Shown here piece after piece: positions 58,938 through 64,000 of a stretch of 64,000 nt of DNA. How positions within the stretch are numbered: the stretch's first letter is position 1; the number at the start of each line of letters is the position of its first letter. The stretch is from contig CAZSQB010000001.1 of the NCBI GenBank assembly GCA_964608945.1, forward strand, positions 3,211 to 67,210, read 5' to 3'. The position numbers and the translations under genes were made by a program. Origin of the DNA: an uncultured Gammaproteobacteria bacterium (GTDB lineage: Bacteria; Patescibacteriota; Microgenomatia; Levybacterales; UBA12049). The notes beneath the pieces are model-generated. The model saw nothing but the letters and a program-made list of their open reading frames with translations, made no database searches and was not told the DNA's origin.

Positions 58938-59611
58938 AGAAAAATAAAAAGAATTTTGAGAAATATTACTTTGAGGGATATTACAAAGGGATAGGGGATT
59001 TTAGTGTCAAACGAGATCGCGAGCTTTCAAATTGGTTTCGCGGGATGCTCGAATACATTAATAAATTTTATCCTATAAAGAATGGTAGAGGTAGAAAGTT
59101 AATTGAATTTGGTTGTGCAACAGGAGCAGCCGCAAATTTACTTGCCGATTATGGATTTAGTGTTTTCTCAAGCGATGTATCAAAATACGCTGTAAATTTA
59201 GCAGCGAAAAATTATCCGGATATAAAATTCATCGTCCATGATATGCAAAAACAATTCATGAAGGATGAGAATTTTGATGTAGCCGTTGCATTTGATGTAA
59301 TAGAACACTTGAAAGATCCAGAAATGTCTCTTAGGAATACTTATAAGATATTAAAACATGGTGGGACTATAATTCTAACAACACCCAATGATTACAAACA
59401 CATGTCAAATGATCCGACCCACATAAGCGTCAAGAAGCCTAATGAGTGGAGAAAAATTATGAGGAGGGTTGGCTTTAAGAACATTATGATTAAGCAAGTT
59501 GCATTTATTCCTTATTTTTACAGATTCCACTGGAGGTTGAATTACGCACTGCCGATAGCAATTTCATCGCCTTATGTAATTTCACCGGTTGTAATTATTG
59601 CTAAAAAATGA
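58934..59611 (+). CDS. Class I SAM-dependent methyltransferase
   Basis: IEFGCATG, FDVIEHLKDP, LKHGG, TTPN. Confidence 0.9.
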   Translation: MKKNKKNFEKYYFEGYYKGIGDFSVKRDRELSNWFRGMLEYINKFYPIKNGRGRKLIEFGCATGAAANLLADYGFSVFSSDVSKYAVNLAAKNYPDIKFIVHDMQKQFMKDENFDVAVAFDVIEHLKDPEMSLRNTYKILKHGGTIILTTPNDYKHMSNDPTHISVKKPNEWRKIMRRVGFKNIMIKQVAFIPYFYRFHWRLNYALPIAISSPYVISPVVIIAKK

Positions 59612-62600
59612 GAAAAAGAATTATTTTTGATCTTATTATCATATTCATTATTGGTTGTCTTCCTATTCTTTGGTTTAGAGACGGTTCGATTCTTTTAGGA
59701 CATGATGCGGGACTTGCGCTTGATCCGATCATGCATTTTCTTGACCGTATACATGTTTGGTCTCAAAGATTTAGTCTTGGGACAGATCAGAACGGAGCGC
59801 TCCTTGGAGCCTTCGCGATTCATGGATTCGAGGCTTTGCTCGCGTACTTAGGTTTCAATTTACACTGGGGTCAAATAATACAATTCATAGTTTGGTTTAC
59901 GCTACCAGGGCTCGCAATGTACTTTTTTGCTTCAAGAACTTTCCCGGACAAGACATATCTTCCGCTTATTGCATCCATCATTTACATGTTGAATTTTTAT
60001 CTTTTGCAAGGGTGGTTTATTGCCGAGCGTACCAAATTCTCAATTTATGTTGCATTTCCACTAGTTTTGTATTTTTTGATTATATATTTAAGAAAAAAAA
60101 CAAGTTTTCTTACGACTGTCGTCGTAACTGGAATTATACTTGGAGTATTTAACGGAGGAGGAAGTTTGCCCCTATATGGAGGACTTGCTCTTGGGGTTCT
60201 TCTTGTTTTTGTTTATATAAACGCAATTAACTTAAACTTGGAAACGGTCAGGAGGACTATTTTCTATTCAGTGGGGGTCTTCTTCTTCTATATTCTTCTA
60301 AACGCTTATTGGGTTATTCCCTATGCATTTTACCTTTTCGGTTTTGCAAGTCGTGATTTGGCAATAGCGGGTGGGACAGAAGGAGCTCTATCATGGGCAA
60401 GGTATCTATCTTCAGGGTCAACATTCATCAATTTATTCCGGGGACAGGGAATACCCGATTGGTATCTTAACCCTTACCACGCTTATTCAGCGGGGTATCT
60501 TTCAAATCCGATCCTAATAATCTCCTCATTTCTTTTCCCAATTCTAGCATTTGCATCTTTCTTAATTCAAAAAACAAGAAAAGAAGCATATATCATTTAT
60601 CTTATTTTTCTAATTTGTTTGGTCGGAATACTATTTTCATCGGGTCCAGAATCTCAATTCGGTTTTATCTTTGAGTTTATGGTGAACTATGTTCCCGGAT
60701 TCGCAATCTTTAGATCTGCATTTTTCAAATTCAACTACATGGTATGGTTTTCATACGGACTTCTCATTGGGTTCACGCTTGACCATATACTTTCGCGTAT
60801 TGAATTTAAATATTTCAAAAAAAACGCACTTGCCTTCTCAAAAATTAGCTTGCTCTTATTCGTTGTTCTCTACGTGTTCTACCACCAGCAGGTTTTAAAT
60901 GGTTCTTTTCTCGATTATTCCAAAGAACCCGGTAAAGAATTAACTACTCGTATCAAAGTTCCCGATTATATATTTGAGTTTGGAAAATGGGCAAATCAGC
61001 AGGATCCAAACGTTAGATTTCTTGTAATGCCTCAACTTGGGAATACAAGCTATATCTCTTATGATTGGCATTACTGGAGTATTGCTCCAGTTACTAGTTT
61101 GCTTTCAATAAATTCATTCGTTCATAATACTGCACTTGTTCCTGAGAGCGAAAGGGTACTTATGAGTGAAATGTACGCAGCATTTTTGCGGGGAGACATG
61201 GAAAGTTTTTCTGACTTTACTGAAGTTTTCGCTATTGATGCTATCGTACTTCAAAAAGACTATGATTGGAAGAATCCTTCCTGGGGTACTGTAAACCCGG
61301 AAAAATATGAAGAAGTCTTAACGTCTCATCCGGAATTATTTATTCGCGAAAAGACATTTGGAAGATGGAATGTGTATAAGATTGCAGAAAGGACACAATC
61401 TTTAAGAATAAATTCCAGCACAAAACTAAGTTTTCTGCAAGGAAAACTGGGCAAAGTTGTTTCATTTCCATTCTTTGCTCCTAAAACTCCATTGTTCATG
61501 AGTGATGTTGAGCAGAAAAATATTGACTATTACGCCCAAAACGCCAGCGATATGTATCTGGCGCCTGAATGTATTCAATGTGATCTTGAATATAAAGAAG
61601 AAACATTTAAATATTATAATCCTAAGCTTCTTCCTGGATCAATTCTATATCCCATCATCGTTTTACGTGAGCAGCAAGTCAAAGCTTTATCGCGTGACTT
61701 TTTGTCCCTTATCAATTTCTATATAACAGCTTCAAATAGAAGAATCACTGAGATTAAATGGATGGTTGATACAAAAAATAGAATAGAGCAAATACTTCCA
61801 ACAATTGAAAGGTATAGACAAACTCTGCGAGAACTTGCACAAGAACTAAAACAAAAAGATAGCGCCATAATTGAGAACAGAGCAGCACAGAGGGTAATGA
61901 ATAATATTATCCAGCAAGTAAACCTTATTGACTCAGTGTATAGCGAACCAATAATGAGCATTTACCAACGTCAAGCGCTGTCTCAATCCTACAATGAAAT
62001 TACTGAGATTGAGAGACTCGCAAAGGAGAAAATGTGGGTAACAGAGGACATGACGAATAAAAGATATATCTATGACCTTCCTCTTACGGGAGAGTATGAA
62101 ATATATGTAAAGCGCGGAAGCTTGACGAATCACGTGAGCGATCCCAAAGAGACAACCATCACATTCAAAGATTCACCGAATGTCTTAAAACCCATTACAA
62201 CAGTTGGTGACTGGCTATCATTTGGAAAGATTAACCTGACTAATAAAAAAACTTTTATAGGTCTAAAAGATGGAACAATGGCAAATCTGATTGATTCTAC
62301 ATCTCCTACTTTTCTAGATGGGAAAGAGGGGATAATTGTGGATAAAAATAATGTGACCTTTACAGTTGATAGTCTAAATAAATGTTTTTATTATCAATTC
62401 CATGATCTTGAATATTTAAATACTCAATATGTTGTCTCCTTCTCCTACAGGAATTTCTCAGACAAGAATACTTTAAGTTTCTTCAATCAAGCTGAGGGAG
62501 ATGAGTTCTTAAGGTACAGCGCAAAAAACTCTTCACTTGCAAGTTTTAGATATCTTAATAAATTTATCAAGTTAATTACACCAAAAGACGGAAATGTAAG

Positions 62601-63114
62601 ACTCGTTTTCTGTAATGGATTTTTATCAATAAATGAAATCGGCAATTTCCAGAAACAATTTGACGCTGATCTATTACCGGGAAGCCAAACATTAATCGAA
62701 ATTAAAAATATTACCTTTCATAAAGTAGCTTATCCTAATATTGTTTTTTATAAAAAACAGAAAGATGTGGATGATTCAAATACTGTTCAAAACTTTGTTA
62801 AAAAAGACCCTGTTACGTATGAGGTAGATTTGGCAAAAAATAATACTCCGGCTTCTCTTATCATGCGCGAAAGTTTTGGAAAATATTGGAGAGTATGTGA
62901 TGAGAAAAGTGTTTGTCTTCCATTTGGTGATCAGTCACATTTTCAGACCGGAGGTTTTGCAAATGCTTGGTACTTAAAAGATCATTCTCTTGGTGAGAAA
63001 TTAACAATTTATTATTATCCCCAAAGATGGTATGAAATCGGAACAATTATTACCATTGGTTCTATCGTGGTAATATTAGGAGGAGTATGTTTACGTTTAT
63101 TTATAAGAAAATAA
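59608..63114 (+). CDS. Very large GT-C-like membrane protein (AftD/YfhO-like architecture)
   Basis: N-terminal polytopic region with GHD loop and FRS-x-x-x-KF, large extracytoplasmic region, C-terminal GFANAW plus TM anchor. Confidence 0.65.
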   Translation: MRKRIIFDLIIIFIIGCLPILWFRDGSILLGHDAGLALDPIMHFLDRIHVWSQRFSLGTDQNGALLGAFAIHGFEALLAYLGFNLHWGQIIQFIVWFTLPGLAMYFFASRTFPDKTYLPLIASIIYMLNFYLLQGWFIAERTKFSIYVAFPLVLYFLIIYLRKKTSFLTTVVVTGIILGVFNGGGSLPLYGGLALGVLLVFVYINAINLNLETVRRTIFYSVGVFFFYILLNAYWVIPYAFYLFGFASRDLAIAGGTEGALSWARYLSSGSTFINLFRGQGIPDWYLNPYHAYSAGYLSNPILIISSFLFPILAFASFLIQKTRKEAYIIYLIFLICLVGILFSSGPESQFGFIFEFMVNYVPGFAIFRSAFFKFNYMVWFSYGLLIGFTLDHILSRIEFKYFKKNALAFSKISLLLFVVLYVFYHQQVLNGSFLDYSKEPGKELTTRIKVPDYIFEFGKWANQQDPNVRFLVMPQLGNTSYISYDWHYWSIAPVTSLLSINSFVHNTALVPESERVLMSEMYAAFLRGDMESFSDFTEVFAIDAIVLQKDYDWKNPSWGTVNPEKYEEVLTSHPELFIREKTFGRWNVYKIAERTQSLRINSSTKLSFLQGKLGKVVSFPFFAPKTPLFMSDVEQKNIDYYAQNASDMYLAPECIQCDLEYKEETFKYYNPKLLPGSILYPIIVLREQQVKALSRDFLSLINFYITASNRRITEIKWMVDTKNRIEQILPTIERYRQTLRELAQELKQKDSAIIENRAAQRVMNNIIQQVNLIDSVYSEPIMSIYQRQALSQSYNEITEIERLAKEKMWVTEDMTNKRYIYDLPLTGEYEIYVKRGSLTNHVSDPKETTITFKDSPNVLKPITTVGDWLSFGKINLTNKKTFIGLKDGTMANLIDSTSPTFLDGKEGIIVDKNNVTFTVDSLNKCFYYQFHDLEYLNTQYVVSFSYRNFSDKNTLSFFNQAEGDEFLRYSAKNSSLASFRYLNKFIKLITPKDGNVRLVFCNGFLSINEIGNFQKQFDADLLPGSQTLIEIKNITFHKVAYPNIVFYKKQKDVDDSNTVQNFVKKDPVTYEVDLAKNNTPASLIMRESFGKYWRVCDEKSVCLPFGDQSHFQTGGFANAWYLKDHSLGEKLTIYYYPQRWYEIGTIITIGSIVVILGGVCLRLFIRK

Positions 63115-63485
63115 TCAAAATTTACGATCAAGCGTCTATATTTGTTCGTGCAAACACTACGCAAATAGTTATTATTGTTGGCACATTTGTTTTTTTTGAA
63201 GTAATTCAGTCATTTCCATATATAAATATTGTCCCCAACTATCAGTTTTTAGTAATAGGTTTTACACTTCTCTTATCTATGGTCTTACTTAGAGTTTCTA
63301 TTTCTAATAAAAAAATAATGCTGGCTGTATTAATTCTTTTCTTTCTGGCCGCAATCATAACAATATTCGACATTAAACGTATTTTAGACCTGATCGGATT
63401 TATAATCTTCGTTCTAATAGCGCTCGTTGTAATCCGACAGATTATAAATGATCGAGAAAAACTGAAAAAACTCGATCTAGAATAA
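63087..63485 (+). CDS. Small membrane protein (about 4 TM), unknown function
   Basis: 132-aa hydrophobic ORF overlapping the upstream stop and filling the gap. Confidence 0.6.
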   Translation: MFTFIYKKIIKIYDQASIFVRANTTQIVIIVGTFVFFEVIQSFPYINIVPNYQFLVIGFTLLLSMVLLRVSISNKKIMLAVLILFFLAAIITIFDIKRILDLIGFIIFVLIALVVIRQIINDREKLKKLDLE

Positions 63486-63531
63486 GTGAGAAATAATGCA
63501 CCTATCCTCCTGCCCATTATAATTTTATTGC

Positions 63532-64000
63532 ATGAAGAGAAGAATTTTTTTTGATCTTGCCCTCATCTTAATTCTAGGGCTTATTCCGCTGTTGTGGCTT
63601 CCAAATGGCACAATTATCTTAGGGCATGACGCCGGATTAACATTGGATCCGGTAGCAAATTTTTTAGATAGACTTTATGTTTGGACCCAAAGATTCGGAA
63701 TAGGAACAGATCAAAGTTTTGCGCTCCTCGGAGCATTTTTGATTCACGGGCTTGAAGCATTCCTCGCATACATCGGACTTAATCTTCACTGGGGACAAAT
63801 AATCCAATTTATTTTTTGGTTTGTTTTGCCAGGATTAACAATGTACTTTCTGGCATATAAGCTCTGGCCGGAGAAAAGATATTTGCCTCTGATTGCCGCA
63901 ACCGTCTACATGATCAATTATTATCTCGTTCAGGCATGGTTTATTGCTGAGCGTACAAAATTTTCAATTTATGCAGGATTCCCAATATTTTTATATTTTC
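63532..64000 (+). CDS. Paralog of 59608..63114, 3'-truncated by window edge
   Basis: Manual translation MKRRIFFDL...ILGHDAGLTLDP...GTDQ...HWGQIIQF matches the upstream paralog N-terminus; TATAAT ends 8 nt before the ATG. Confidence 0.85.
   Translation, partial: MKRRIFFDLALILILGLIPLLWLPNGTIILGHDAGLTLDPVANFLDRLYVWTQRFGIGTDQSFALLGAFLIHGLEAFLAYIGLNLHWGQIIQFIFWFVLPGLTMYFLAYKLWPEKRYLPLIAATVYMINYYLVQAWFIAERTKFSIYAGFPIFLYF

Noticed and set aside
192-63517. Many 60-160 aa alternative-frame and antisense ORFs in the track
   Set aside because: They lie within or largely overlap well-supported genes and show no recognisable motifs; treated as shadow ORFs.
1-64000. CRISPR array, tRNA/rRNA, IS element or integrase
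   Set aside because: No regularly spaced repeats, cloverleaf or rRNA-like segments, or transposase/recombinase ORFs were seen; intergenic space is minimal.

Overview
A 64-kb, AT-rich, almost fully coding cell-envelope glycosylation supercluster of about 52 genes, all but three on the + strand and mostly joined by overlapping or abutting stop/start codons with no obvious Shine-Dalgarno sites. Gene content and style resemble Patescibacteria/CPR (Microgenomates-like); this is inference, not a database result. It encodes about 20 polytopic GT-C-type membrane glycosyltransferases, three DPM1-like polyprenyl-phosphate sugar synthases, other GT2/GT4 enzymes, a Wzx-like flippase and GalE. Three nucleotide-sugar modules are present: a dTDP-4-acetamido-4,6-dideoxyhexose set, an RfbF/SDR/RmlC/RmlD set, and a GmhA/HddA heptose operon with two ColD-type 3-dehydratases, an orphan TPP alpha/beta pair and two SDRs lacking the catalytic Tyr, which suggests an unusual branched deoxy sugar. 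The most unexpected signal is a set of very short (15-27 bp) GC-rich hairpin or palindromic micro-elements from several sequence families. Their lengths are multiples of 3, they nest inside one another, and they are translated in-frame as peptide inserts in host proteins. A 501-bp identical block is also shared by two otherwise divergent paralogs. No rRNA, tRNA, CRISPR array or transposase was seen. All product calls are from motifs read by eye.
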